A DNA stretch of 64,000 nucleotides from Spirochaetia bacterium (lineage in GTDB: Bacteria; Spirochaetota; Spirochaetia; SZUA-6; Bin103). The stretch is taken from the NCBI GenBank assembly GCA_965198005.1, contig CBDAOI010000004.1, forward strand, positions 224,001-288,000. Reading direction: 5' to 3'. This document shows positions 23,365 to 35,150 of this stretch, in pieces. The position numbers were made by a program, and so were the translations under genes. Positions within the stretch are counted from its first letter, which is position 1. Each line of letters begins with the position of its first letter. The notes under the pieces were generated by a model. That model ran no database searches, had not been told where the DNA came from, and saw only the letters and a program-made list of their open reading frames with translations.

Positions 23365-24153
23365 ATGCCGACCTTCGAACAGGGCTTCGCCGCGGTCGAA
23401 GCGGCCGCCGAGGCGGCGGAGGCCGCCGCCAAGAAGTTGGCCGCTACCGCCCGAAGGTTGCGGAGAGCAGCTCAGGAGGGAGCCATTGGCAAGATTCGGC
23501 GTGAGGGTGAGCAGTTCGTCGACGCGCTGGCTACGGCCGGCGAGACGGTAACCGGTGCGACGGCGAGCTGGCCATTCGCAGAGCCCGAGGAGACGGCCTA
23601 TCTGAACGAGCGATACGCAGACGAATTGCGTGGCGCGGCCGCGGCAGTCGGGCTTGATGTCAGCCTCCGTGACGATGCGCTCGTATGTTCGCCGTCCATT
23701 ATCCGACTGCTTCCTGCAGATCGCGCGCTGAAAGTCGACGGCAAGAAGCGCGCGGCCATTCGCCCATCGAGGCTGGTCGCAGATCTGCGTGCGATTCAGC
23801 AACGGATGCGGCCAAAGAGCGACGCCCAACACCAGCGCTTTCTGGAGGCGTTGTACAAGGCGTCAAAGGTAATCCGGGGCAAGTCGACGGATTCCCTGTT
23901 CGACGCCACTCGCGTCGTTTCGCTCGCAGACGTGTACGCGGTGTTTACGTCGCTGCCGGGGAGCAGCTTGCAGTACACGAAGACCGATTTTGCGCGCGAT
24001 ATCTACTTGTTGGACAGCTCATCGATCGCAAGGACCAAATCAGGATCACAAGTGAGCTTCACGGGCTCGGTCAGACAGAGTTCCGGGATCTTCTCGTTCG
24101 TTGACGCCAACGGCAACGTAATCCGCTATTATGGCGTGCAGTTTACGGAGTAA
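23365..24153 (+). CDS. Hypothetical protein, first gene of the ATPase module
   Basis: 262-aa ORF starting 1 nt after the cytochrome stop; helical N-terminus. Confidence 0.8.
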   Translation: MPTFEQGFAAVEAAAEAAEAAAKKLAATARRLRRAAQEGAIGKIRREGEQFVDALATAGETVTGATASWPFAEPEETAYLNERYADELRGAAAAVGLDVSLRDDALVCSPSIIRLLPADRALKVDGKKRAAIRPSRLVADLRAIQQRMRPKSDAQHQRFLEALYKASKVIRGKSTDSLFDATRVVSLADVYAVFTSLPGSSLQYTKTDFARDIYLLDSSSIARTKSGSQVSFTGSVRQSSGIFSFVDANGNVIRYYGVQFTE

Positions 24154-24158
24154 GGCCC

Positions 24159-25109
24159 ATGCACGTAGCTGAGTGGCTTGGAAGGGTCGAGGTGGACTAT
24201 CTCGCTACGTTCATCGAGCAAGGCGGGGCAGCGGTCAAGTTCGTCGTGGGTGACGGCCGGCTGCGATCAGAGGTCTGTTCCGGACTCACTACCGTCGCAG
24301 AGGAGCGCGGGTACTTGGTGCTGAGCGTGAATGCTGCTGAGCATCGGTTCCACATGCCACAGGACATTTTTTTTGCGCTTGCGGCTCAGGTTGACTGGCG
24401 GCTGGCGGCGCGTCGCTTCCTCCTCCAGTTGGCGCAAAGCGAAGGCTACCGAATCGATGGTGTGGAAGCGGCCCAAGAGGACGTGCTGCAGGCCGTTGCC
24501 GAGCGCAACGACGTGTCCAAGGCGTACCTCTTCACGAATCTGAATCCGCGGCTGCAGCGCCAAGTCTTCTTTGACGTGAACATGGCCAAGGATTTCCGCG
24601 TAGCCATGTCCCACTTGTGCGTGTTTGAACGCGCTCCTGACGTACCGTACCCGGGGCAGCCGATCGTCGACTGGCTTACCGGCGCCAACACGCGCATTTC
24701 AAACGTCAAGCCGTTTTCAATCTACAATCCGATAAATCGCACCACGGCACGCCACCTGCTGCGATCCGCCTGCTACTGGTTCCACAAGGCCGGCTATCCG
24801 GGGACGGTGCTGGTGCTCGACAACGCCCGAGTTACAGAACGGAAACGGCCGGCTGATGGATCGCGGTACTACACCAGAGCCATGACCATGGACCACTACG
24901 AGATACTGCGCGAATTCATCGACGGCGCGGACCGGCTGGTCGCAACCTTGCTCGTATCCTGCTCGGACGGTGCGTTTCTGGATCAGGAAGCCGATCGGCA
25001 GTCACGCGGAGTAGGCATTTACCCAGCCTTGCAGACCAGGATCATCGATGATGTGCGCGACAAACGGATGGAGAATCCATCAGCGGCGCTATGCCGGTTG
25101 ACGATTTAG
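24159..25109 (+). CDS. BrxD/DUF2791-like protein with degenerate P-loop
   Basis: QGGAAVKFVVG without GK(T/S); VLVLDN; YEILREFID; YPALQTRI. Confidence 0.7.
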   Translation: MHVAEWLGRVEVDYLATFIEQGGAAVKFVVGDGRLRSEVCSGLTTVAEERGYLVLSVNAAEHRFHMPQDIFFALAAQVDWRLAARRFLLQLAQSEGYRIDGVEAAQEDVLQAVAERNDVSKAYLFTNLNPRLQRQVFFDVNMAKDFRVAMSHLCVFERAPDVPYPGQPIVDWLTGANTRISNVKPFSIYNPINRTTARHLLRSACYWFHKAGYPGTVLVLDNARVTERKRPADGSRYYTRAMTMDHYEILREFIDGADRLVATLLVSCSDGAFLDQEADRQSRGVGIYPALQTRIIDDVRDKRMENPSAALCRLTI

Positions 25110-25118
25110 GAACAGAGC

Positions 25119-26366
25119 ATGGAAGACCTTCCTGAACAGCTTGCATGTCGTCGCGCCATAGAGGCGTTGCGCAACGGCGTTCCCAATCGGGAGGCGGTGC
25201 GCATTCTCGGGAGCACGCAGCCGCAGGCGGAGCAGCAGTTCCAGGCACGCTTAAGCCAGGGAGGAGCAGACAATCTGGGCGGCATGCTGATCTCCGGTGA
25301 CTTCGGCACCGGCAAGTCGCATCTGCTGGAGCATTTTGAGCACCTCGCGCTGGACCGAAACTTCGTCTGCAGTCGGGTTGCCGTAAGCAAAGAGACGCCG
25401 TTCTACGACTTGGCAAAGATGTTTCGCGCGGCGGCCGACAACGGTGCTCTCCCCGACGGCAGAGTGGGCGCCATGGTCGACGAGATCGGGACCCGGCTGG
25501 CGGGTCCCAAAGACGAACGTTACGCTCGGTTCTTCAGGTGGGCGGATGCTTCCGACAATGGGCTGCACCGCATCTTCCCTGCTACGCTGATGGTGCACGA
25601 ACGGCTGCCGGACCAGGAGGCACTCAACGCGATCAGGTGGTTCTGGTCCGGTGACAGGGTGGCCGTGGGTGACATAAAGCGAGGCCTCCGTCAGATCGGC
25701 CAACAAGGCGCCTACACGTTCCGCGCTCCGAAGCTCCGCGAACTGCCACCGCAACGTCTACGCTTCGTACTGGAGATGATCAAGACGGCCGGCTATCGTG
25801 GCTGGGTGGTGCTCATTGACGAGTTGGAGCTGATCGGCAGCTACAGCCTGCTGCAGCGTGCGCGATCGTACGCGGAACTGGCCCGTTGGATGGGCGCGGC
25901 GGACGACGACTCGTATCCCGGGCTGGTGGTCGTGGCGGCCATCACGGAGGACTTCGTCGAGGCGATCCTGGAGAAGAAGGGAGACCGCCTCAAGGTACCA
26001 GCGCGGCTGCGTGAGCGTGATGAAGCACGCATGGCGCGGCAGGCAGAACTCGGTATGCAATGGCTCACCTCACGTCGCGCAAGGCTGAGCGAGGTGACCG
26101 ACGACGCGGTGGAAGCCGCGGTCGAGCACATCAGACGCATCTACAGCCGGGCATACGACTGGGCTCCACCAGCCGGTACGGCTGCCATTGGCGGTGCCGG
26201 CCACCAGAAGCGGATGCGGTACAAAGTACGCGCTGCTATCACCACGTGGGATCTGCAGCGGTTGCGCCCGGACTCTGACCCCGATGTGGAGACCGAGGAG
26301 TACCACCTGACGTACCGCGAGGATCACGACCTTGAAGTCGAGGCCCCGGAAGACTCGACGACCTGA
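25119..26366 (+). CDS. BrxD/DUF2791-like P-loop ATPase
   Basis: IEALRNGVP, Walker A GDFGTGKS, Walker B VVLIDELE. Confidence 0.85.
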   Translation: MEDLPEQLACRRAIEALRNGVPNREAVRILGSTQPQAEQQFQARLSQGGADNLGGMLISGDFGTGKSHLLEHFEHLALDRNFVCSRVAVSKETPFYDLAKMFRAAADNGALPDGRVGAMVDEIGTRLAGPKDERYARFFRWADASDNGLHRIFPATLMVHERLPDQEALNAIRWFWSGDRVAVGDIKRGLRQIGQQGAYTFRAPKLRELPPQRLRFVLEMIKTAGYRGWVVLIDELELIGSYSLLQRARSYAELARWMGAADDDSYPGLVVVAAITEDFVEAILEKKGDRLKVPARLRERDEARMARQAELGMQWLTSRRARLSEVTDDAVEAAVEHIRRIYSRAYDWAPPAGTAAIGGAGHQKRMRYKVRAAITTWDLQRLRPDSDPDVETEEYHLTYREDHDLEVEAPEDSTT

Positions 26367-26406
26367 TGTGTCGGCGTGCGCCATGATGGGGAAGACAACA
26401 CGTTAA

Positions 26407-27003
26407 CTGGGCACTCTGAGGCCGTTCAGCGACATCGCAGGGCGCCATGTCTTACGGCTAAACAATACTCCTCAGCAGCGTCAGCAGCTTGCGCAGCGAT
26501 TGCAGGCCGCTGGTTGTCCGGTGAAACTGGACGGAACTGACTGGCAGACTCAGGGTGACTTTGATGCAGCTCTCAAGTTGGCGCAAGTGTCGCGTGATTC
26601 AGCAGTGACAGTCGAAGATCCGCAACTCACTACAGAGGCAAAACACGTACTTAGCGAAGCGGCACTGGATGCTGATCGGATGATACACAAGATCAGGACC
26701 CTCGGTGGCATGGAAATCAGGACCCATGGCACGACATTCGGAACAATGGGTGACCCTGAGTCGGAAGCAAACTGGGAAGGAGCTCTTGGTGAGCTGGTGG
26801 AGCGGGGACTTGCCAAAGACAAGAATAACAAGGACACAGTTTTCCTGGTGACCCGTGAAGGTTTTCGAGTTGCGCGGCAACTGTCGAATGGTGCGTCACA
26901 ACGAGCCTACTCAACCCCTTCCGACTATCCGGACATGGAGCGTTTGAGCCACGCAATCGTGCAGTTCCTCGGGCTGCGAAAGACCACGGTCGCCACCGTG
27001 TAG
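26407..27003 (+). pseudogene. 5'-truncated CAP12/Pycsar-type TIR-like protein with C-terminal extension
   Basis: The frame opens after TAA 26404 with LRPFSDIAGRHVLRLNNT...LAQRLQAAGC..GTDW, resembling the end of this TIR family. Confidence 0.65.
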
Positions 27004-27083
27004 GCGGGAGCCGGGTGTGCCATGCGTAAACGCTCGCTGTCTTGATTCTGACCACTGGTGCCGGTGGCTGATTCCACTGTTCA

Positions 27084-27557
27084 TCAGCGGCGGGTGTCGC
27101 CCGAGCGGGCGCTCTGCGCGGCCTGAATGTCCGGGGGCCAGTGGCTCTTGATGTATGCAAGCACGGCCCATACGTCGCCGTCGTCCAGTACGTCCTCGTA
27201 TACCGGCATGGCACTCTTGAAGCCTGGGCCGGCCACGGAGGCAGAGCCGAACTTGGTGATCCGGAACAGGATCTGATCGGAATGGTGCCAAGTGTGGCCG
27301 GTTACGTCGTGGGGCGGCGCCGGCAGGGTACCGTCGGGCTTCATCTGCCGCCAGTTCGGCTGCCCTTCGAGACGCAGGCCGTGACAGGATGCGCAGTTCT
27401 CCTGGTAGACGATCCGGCCGCGCGCCACCAGCTTCGCGTCGCTGGCGTCGGCTTGGTCGGGTTCGTCGTTCTGGCGTACGACGTAGCCCGCCGCGGCGAG
27501 GATCGCGGCCGCCGTCAAAGCGGTAACGGTGATGATGGTGAGGACGCGTCTGCTCAT
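27084..27557 (-). CDS. Monoheme cytochrome c
   Basis: N-terminal TM, CASCHG, APPHDVTGHTWHH, SAMP. Confidence 0.92.
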   Translation of the reverse strand: MSRRVLTIITVTALTAAAILAAAGYVVRQNDEPDQADASDAKLVARGRIVYQENCASCHGLRLEGQPNWRQMKPDGTLPAPPHDVTGHTWHHSDQILFRITKFGSASVAGPGFKSAMPVYEDVLDDGDVWAVLAYIKSHWPPDIQAAQSARSGDTRR

Positions 27558-27583
27558 GCGACTCGGCAAGGGGCAATGGACCT

Positions 27584-27605
27584 CACCCCCCTGGGGTATT
27601 ATACT
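27584..27605. promoter_or_regulatory. Putative CsoR operator overlapping divergent -10 boxes
   Basis: ACCCCCCTGGGGTAT C/G-tract pseudo-palindrome; TATACT on + and TATAAT on -. Confidence 0.65.
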
Positions 27606-27635
27606 GGTTTTGTGCCCTTGCAGGAAATGGCAGGA

Positions 27636-27947
27636 ATGACGGCCGACCGCAGCGATGACACCGCCACCCGCCGCGGCCCCCATCCGGTCGACGAAGCCGC
27701 GTTGCGCCGGTTGCGCAGTATCGAGGGGCAAGTCTCCGGGATTCGCCGTATGATCGAGGAAGAGCGCTACTGTACCGACATCCTGACTCAGGTGTCCGCC
27801 GTGCGTGCCGCCCTCAACTCCCTCGGGTTGACCGTGCTCAAACGCCATCTCGACCACTGCGTGGCTGACGCCGCCCGCAGCAACGACCGGGAATTGCCGC
27901 AGGTGGTAGACGAGCTGATGGCGGTGCTGGCGCGGACCAGCTTCTGA
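27636..27947 (+). CDS. csoR: Copper-sensing repressor CsoR
   Basis: [19 protein letters not shown] and HLDHC motifs. Confidence 0.92.
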   Translation: MTADRSDDTATRRGPHPVDEAALRRLRSIEGQVSGIRRMIEEERYCTDILTQVSAVRAALNSLGLTVLKRHLDHCVADAARSNDRELPQVVDELMAVLARTSF

Positions 27948-27949
27948 CC

Positions 27950-30193
<2,244 letters not shown>

Positions 30194-30281
30194 GGCAGCG
30201 GGCAAACAGCATAAGCTCCAGTTGCATCAAGTGGGGCCTCACGTCGGCCAGATCGGGTGTGTACTCGTCCTTCAGGGAGCG

Positions 30282-33104
30282 CTAGCCCGTGTTGCGCAGG
30301 CCGGCGGCGAGGCCGTTGACGGTGAGCAGGATCGCCCGCTCGAGGCGCGGGTCCACCTCGGCGGCGCTGCGGTGGCGCTCGAGCAGGACGATCTGCAGCA
30401 GGTGGAGCGGCTCCAGGTAGGCCGAGCGCACGTCCAGGGTGCGCTTGAGCACGGGGTAGTCGGCCAGCAGCGCGGGCTTGCCGGTGGTGGCCAGCACCTG
30501 CTCTACCGAGCGCTGGTGCTCGGCGGCGATCAGCTCGAAGATCTGCCGGTGGGCGGCCGGCACCAGGGCGTCCACGTAGCGTTTGGCGGTGACCAGATCG
30601 GTCTTGGCCAGGGTCATCTCCACGTTGGAGACGAACATGCGGAAGAACGGCCAGCGCTCGTACATCTCGGTCAGGCAGTCCACCCCCGCCGCGCGCGCCG
30701 CCGTCAGGCCGCTGCCCACTCCGTACCAGCCGGGCACCACCTGCCGGGTCTGGGTCCAGCCGAACACCCACGGGATGGCGCGCATGCCGTCGATGCCGGC
30801 GCCGGTGCCGGGCCGGCGCGACGGGCGCGAGCCGATCTTGAGCGACGCCAGCTCCTCCACCGGGGTGGCGGTCAGGAAGTAGGGTACCAGGGAGGGATGA
30901 TCGACCAAGCCCCGATAGGCGGCATAGGCGGCCCGCGAGGCGATCGCCATGGCGGAGTTCCAGCGCTCCAGGTCCGCCGCCGGCCGTTCGGCGCTGCGGT
31001 GCAGCACGGTCGCCTCGATCGAGGCCGCCAGGGTCAGCTCCAGGTTGTCGCGCGCCAGCCGCGGCAGGCCGTACTTGTCGGCCACCACCTCGCCCTGCTC
31101 GGTGATCTTGATGGTGCCGTCCACGGTGCCCCAGGGCTGAGCCAGAATCGCCTCGGCGGTGGGGCCGCCGCCGCGCCCGACGGTGCCGCCGCGGCCGTGG
31201 AAGAAGCGCAACCGCACGCCGCATTCGGCCGCCACCTCGCGCAGGCGGCGTGCGCACCGGTGCAGCCCCCACTGCGCGGTGGTGATGCCGCCCAGCTTGT
31301 TGGAGTCGGAGTAGCCGAGCATCACCTCCTGCGGGCCGCCGCGCAGCCGCAGCAGCTCGCGGTAGGCCGGCGTGCGCAGCAGCGTGCCGAGAGTGGCGTC
31401 TGCCTGCCGGATCGAATCGGGGGTCTCGAACAGCGGCACGAATCCGATCGCGACCTGTCCCGCCGCCAAGTCCACCAGGCCGGCTTCGCGCGCCAGCACC
31501 ACCGCGGCGAGCACGTCGTCGGCGCCGAGGGTCTCGGAGATGACGTAGCTCTCGATGGCGCGCGCCCCGAACCGGTCCAACGCGGCGCGGACCACCTGCA
31601 TCGTGGCCAGCGTCACGCCCGCCTCGTCGGGCAGCCGGGTGGCCGGGGTGCCGATGGGGCGCCGGTGCGCCAGCTCGGTGGCGAGCAGCTCGAACCGCTC
31701 CGCGGGGGAGAGCGCCGCGTAGTCGGGCGCGTCGGGCAGGCGGCGGTACAGCGCGGCCAGGGTGGCGTGGTGCTTCTCGGCGTGTTCGCGGACGTCGAGC
31801 GTCGCCAGGTGGAAGCCGAAGGCGGCCGCCCGGCGCAGCAGGCGGCGCACCGGCCCGTCCGCGATCACCCCACCGCGGTGGGCGCGTAGCGAGCGCTGCA
31901 GCAGTTCCAACTCCGCCACCAGCTCGTCGGCGGTCAGGTAGTCGTGGCGCGGCACGTGGCGCGCGTGCTCGGCGATCCGGCGGCGCGTGTTCTCCAGCCG
32001 GCGGCGGATGAAGGCCAGCTTGAGGCGGTAACTCTCGCCGGCGTTGCGGCGCCGCGCCGCCTGATCGGTGGCCGGCAGCGCCGCGGCATCGCGCCGCAGA
32101 CTGGCCGCCAGCTCCGCCGACACGCCGTGGACGTGCTCGGAGCTGCTGAGCTCGGCGGACAGCGCGTCGACCGCACGCAACAGCTCCTGCAGCGCGCGGT
32201 CGTGCTGCAACTCGAGCACGGCCGTGGTCACCTCCGCCGTGACCAGGGGGTTGCCGTCGCGGTCGCCGCCGACCCAGCTCCCGAAGCTCAAGGGGCGGGC
32301 GTGGGCCGGCAGCTCGACGCCGACGCGCGCGAGCTGGGCGTCCAGCTCGTCGAACAGGTCGCCGCTCACCCCGCGCAGCAGCTCCTCCAGGTAGTAGATC
32401 GCCGCCCGTGCCTCGTCGGTGGGGGTGGGGCGGTGGACGCGCAGTTCGTCGGTCTGCCAGATCAGGTCGATCGCCTCGGCGAGCCGGCGCCGGATGCGGG
32501 CTTGGTCGACCGCGGTCTGGCGCGGATCGGCGCGCTCGTACAGCAACTCGCCGACGCGCTGCAGCTTGGTGAGCACGGAGCGACGCGCCGCCTCGGTGGG
32601 GTGGGCGGTGAACACCGGCCGCACGTCGAGGCCGGCGGCCACTTCGCGCACGGCCGCGCGCCGTGGCGGGTCGACCTCGACGTGGTCGAACAGGGCGCGC
32701 AGCCGGCCGCGGGCGATGCCGCTGCGCGGTCCGTGCTCGTCCACCCGATGGGTCTGCTCGGCGACGTTCGCCAGATGAAAGAAGGTGGAGAAGGCGCGCA
32801 CCAGATTGGTGGTGTCGGCGATGTCGAGCCCGGCCAGCAGCGCGTCCAGCTCGGCACCGGCGCGGTCATCGGCGCCGGGATCGCGGGCCTGCTTGCTCAG
32901 GGTGCGCACCCGCTCGACCAGCTCCAGCACGTCCCGGCCGTGCTGCCGCACCAGGGTCTGCCCGAGCAGCTCGCCGAGCAGCCGGATGTCGGCCCGCATC
33001 GCCGCGTCGCGGCCCGCGCCGCGCCGGCCGCCGCCACCGTCAGTCGCCGTCATCTCCCCGGTCGGCGTCGTCACGCTCATCGCCCGGCCACCGAAGGATG
33101 CCAT
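30282..33104 (-). CDS. ppc: Phosphoenolpyruvate carboxylase
   Basis: VFTAHPTE, GGDRDGNP, VMLGYSDSNK, FHGRGGTVGRGG, RAIPW and RNTG motifs; start uncertain. Confidence 0.97.
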   Translation of the reverse strand: MASFGGRAMSVTTPTGEMTATDGGGGRRGAGRDAAMRADIRLLGELLGQTLVRQHGRDVLELVERVRTLSKQARDPGADDRAGAELDALLAGLDIADTTNLVRAFSTFFHLANVAEQTHRVDEHGPRSGIARGRLRALFDHVEVDPPRRAAVREVAAGLDVRPVFTAHPTEAARRSVLTKLQRVGELLYERADPRQTAVDQARIRRRLAEAIDLIWQTDELRVHRPTPTDEARAAIYYLEELLRGVSGDLFDELDAQLARVGVELPAHARPLSFGSWVGGDRDGNPLVTAEVTTAVLELQHDRALQELLRAVDALSAELSSSEHVHGVSAELAASLRRDAAALPATDQAARRRNAGESYRLKLAFIRRRLENTRRRIAEHARHVPRHDYLTADELVAELELLQRSLRAHRGGVIADGPVRRLLRRAAAFGFHLATLDVREHAEKHHATLAALYRRLPDAPDYAALSPAERFELLATELAHRRPIGTPATRLPDEAGVTLATMQVVRAALDRFGARAIESYVISETLGADDVLAAVVLAREAGLVDLAAGQVAIGFVPLFETPDSIRQADATLGTLLRTPAYRELLRLRGGPQEVMLGYSDSNKLGGITTAQWGLHRCARRLREVAAECGVRLRFFHGRGGTVGRGGGPTAEAILAQPWGTVDGTIKITEQGEVVADKYGLPRLARDNLELTLAASIEATVLHRSAERPAADLERWNSAMAIASRAAYAAYRGLVDHPSLVPYFLTATPVEELASLKIGSRPSRRPGTGAGIDGMRAIPWVFGWTQTRQVVPGWYGVGSGLTAARAAGVDCLTEMYERWPFFRMFVSNVEMTLAKTDLVTAKRYVDALVPAAHRQIFELIAAEHQRSVEQVLATTGKPALLADYPVLKRTLDVRSAYLEPLHLLQIVLLERHRSAAEVDPRLERAILLTVNGLAAGLRNTG

Positions 33105-33133
33105 TTAGCCAGTCACGTGTGACAGGAACGCGG

Positions 33134-33355
33134 TCACGTCGCCGGTGGGCACGCGCTGCCCGCCAGTCGGGCGGCTCGAAGTGCTCGGCCAGATCGAAAA
33201 TGAGCAAGTGAAGATTGGCTCGCTTCAGGTCCACGCGGCCGTTGCAACCGATGATCCACAGCGCCCCGCAGGCGCTCTTCCCAGTCCTCGACGCGTCGCC
33301 GGATGTGACCCGCGTCGATTCTTTCGTCGGTAACGTCGTCAAGAACAGTGCTCAT
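33134..33355 (-). pseudogene. Internally deleted hypothetical gene remnant
   Basis: Protein-like start MSTVLDD..HIRRRVEDWEERL, then frame change. Confidence 0.4.
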
Positions 33356-33405
33356 GGACCCACCCCGGTCGATCGATCCCAGACTGCATCATCCCTCGAC
33401 CGAAT

Positions 33406-33873
33406 TCAAGCACTGCTGCTGGGTCTCCTGTTCCGCGCGCTTGCGCCGATGAGAAACCGTGCTAACATGCGTGCCGTAGTCGAGGGCATTGGTTCGTCCT
33501 GCACGAACTGCTCCCGAAGAAGGCTTCCGACACGGCAACATTGCAGGTCTGAAAGAACGCCGGCACCGATCGCGACGGCGGCGATCAGGCAGTCGATCAG
33601 CCGCCGCACCGTCTCGCCTTCACGGCGGCAGCGGCGGTACAGCCTCGCCGCCTCGTCGTAGTGCGCAGGTTCGGTGGGTAACACGCTCGCCCGCACGAGC
33701 AGTCCTCGAAGCGCTTCAAGGTGGCTCTCGTCTCGCGCGCCAGCGAGTACTTCCATACGGATCGCATCGCAGATCGCGATGTCGCCGTCCAGCTCGGCGT
33801 CGACCCGCGCACTGATAACCGACCCGGTGTCGCGGAGGAACTCCACCCACGCCGAAGTGTCGATCAGGATCAC
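33406..33873 (-). CDS. vapC: VapC PIN-domain toxin, C-terminus apparently replaced
   Basis: MILIDTSAW, RMEVLAG, IDCLIAAVA; the final HxDxDF motif is absent. Confidence 0.8.
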   Translation of the reverse strand: MILIDTSAWVEFLRDTGSVISARVDAELDGDIAICDAIRMEVLAGARDESHLEALRGLLVRASVLPTEPAHYDEAARLYRRCRREGETVRRLIDCLIAAVAIGAGVLSDLQCCRVGSLLREQFVQDEPMPSTTARMLARFLIGASARNRRPSSSA

Positions 33874-34073
33874 GTTGTGCTACTGCCGCGCATCTCCTCC
33901 AGATCACCTTCCCAGCCCGATCCGCGCAGGCGCCGGGCCGCCGCTAGGCTCAGGGGGCCAGCCGCGAGCGTGCGCAGCGCGAGGTTGACCGCCTCCCGCT
34001 TGGAAACCAACCGGTAGCGACACATGATCGCCGCGCAGGCCTCGTCGTCGATATCGATATTGGTGCGTGCCAT
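33870..34073 (-). CDS. vapB: VapB antitoxin
   Basis: MARTNIDIDDE...SKREAVNLAL...GWEGDLEEMR; overlaps vapC. Confidence 0.88.
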   Translation of the reverse strand: MARTNIDIDDEACAAIMCRYRLVSKREAVNLALRTLAAGPLSLAAARRLRGSGWEGDLEEMRGSSTT

Positions 34074-34294
34074 ACACCAACCATACACCTTTGGAGCGAG
34101 TCTGGCCCAAGCGGTCGAGAGCGGCGACCTATACCGATCGCGGAAGATCATCGACCGATTCGAGAAGATGGGTGAGAATCTCGGGGAAGCTCTGCGCGAC
34201 CAGGACTATGAAAGCGCACGTGACTTGATCGACGAGTTGGAGGGCAAAGAGGACGAGTGAATTACCCGTGACAGTGGTAACGTAAATATTCGGT

Positions 34295-34875
34295 CTACTG
34301 GTTGGGGTGAGGATCGAGCGGGGCGCAGAGGCGGCGGCGGAAATCCCGGCGGAGCGGATAGAGCCAGATGTCCTTCTTGGGCAGAGCGTGTTGGTTGTGG
34401 ACATCGAGTTTGCCGCGGCCTTGGGTTTGCCCGACGTGGATCCAACATCGAGTTTGCCGCGGCCTTGGGTTTGCCCGACGTTGGCGGCACGGTAGCAGGA
34501 AGCGGGCGTTGTTGACCACGAGGGGCAAGCGGGCCTCGCGTTGGGCCGCACTCCAGCCGATGAACCGGTCGCGCGGCGCCACCTTCCAGGCGCAGGCGGC
34601 AAACCCCAGCACGGCGAGCACCTGCGGCCCGCTGAGCACCAGATAGCGCAGTTGTGCTCCCGCCAGCGGGGTGTAGCCGAGGTCACGGTGCATGCGCAGC
34701 AGGGCGACCCGGCAACTCATATCCTTCAGTCCCCCGTTGGGGCGCCGCCAGTCGAGCCGTTCGCAGACCAGCCGCGACAGGGCCAGCCGATGGTGGCCCG
34801 GATGCTCGGCCATGAGGCTGCGGATCAACTCCAGCTCCTGCGCGCTGAAGGTGCGCCCGCAGTAGCGCACCAGCG
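34295..34875 (-). pseudogene. Deleted DUF4338 (DruA-like) gene
   Basis: RYCGRTF, WRRPNGGLKDMSCR, GAQLRYLV, RDRFIGW and VVNNARFL motifs with internal deletions and a 37-bp duplication (34401-34437, 34445-34481). Confidence 0.75.
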
Positions 34876-35014
34876 TCAGGCGGCGCGCTGCGGGGCAGCC
34901 CCTGGCGGGGCTGGCGAGGCGCGCGGTGCTTGCCCGTCGCGGCGCGGTTCCAGGGCAGGAAGCGCTCAAAGTCCTCCGGCACCCGACTGCCGGCGGCGGC
35001 GCATGCATTCAGGT

Positions 35015-35150
35015 ACTCGGTCAGCCAGTCTCTGCGCCAAGTCGGTGGTGCGGGAGTAGAGCACGCGGTAGCCGTTCTCGACCAGGGCCAAGCCGATGGC
35101 GGCCGACAGGTGGCTCTTGCCGCCGCCAGGCGGACCGATCAGGATCAGGT
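35015..35150 (-). pseudogene. istB: IS21-family istB, 3' piece of a split gene
   Basis: NLILIGPPGGGKSHLSAAIGLALVENGYRVLYSRTTDLAQRL. Confidence 0.88.
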
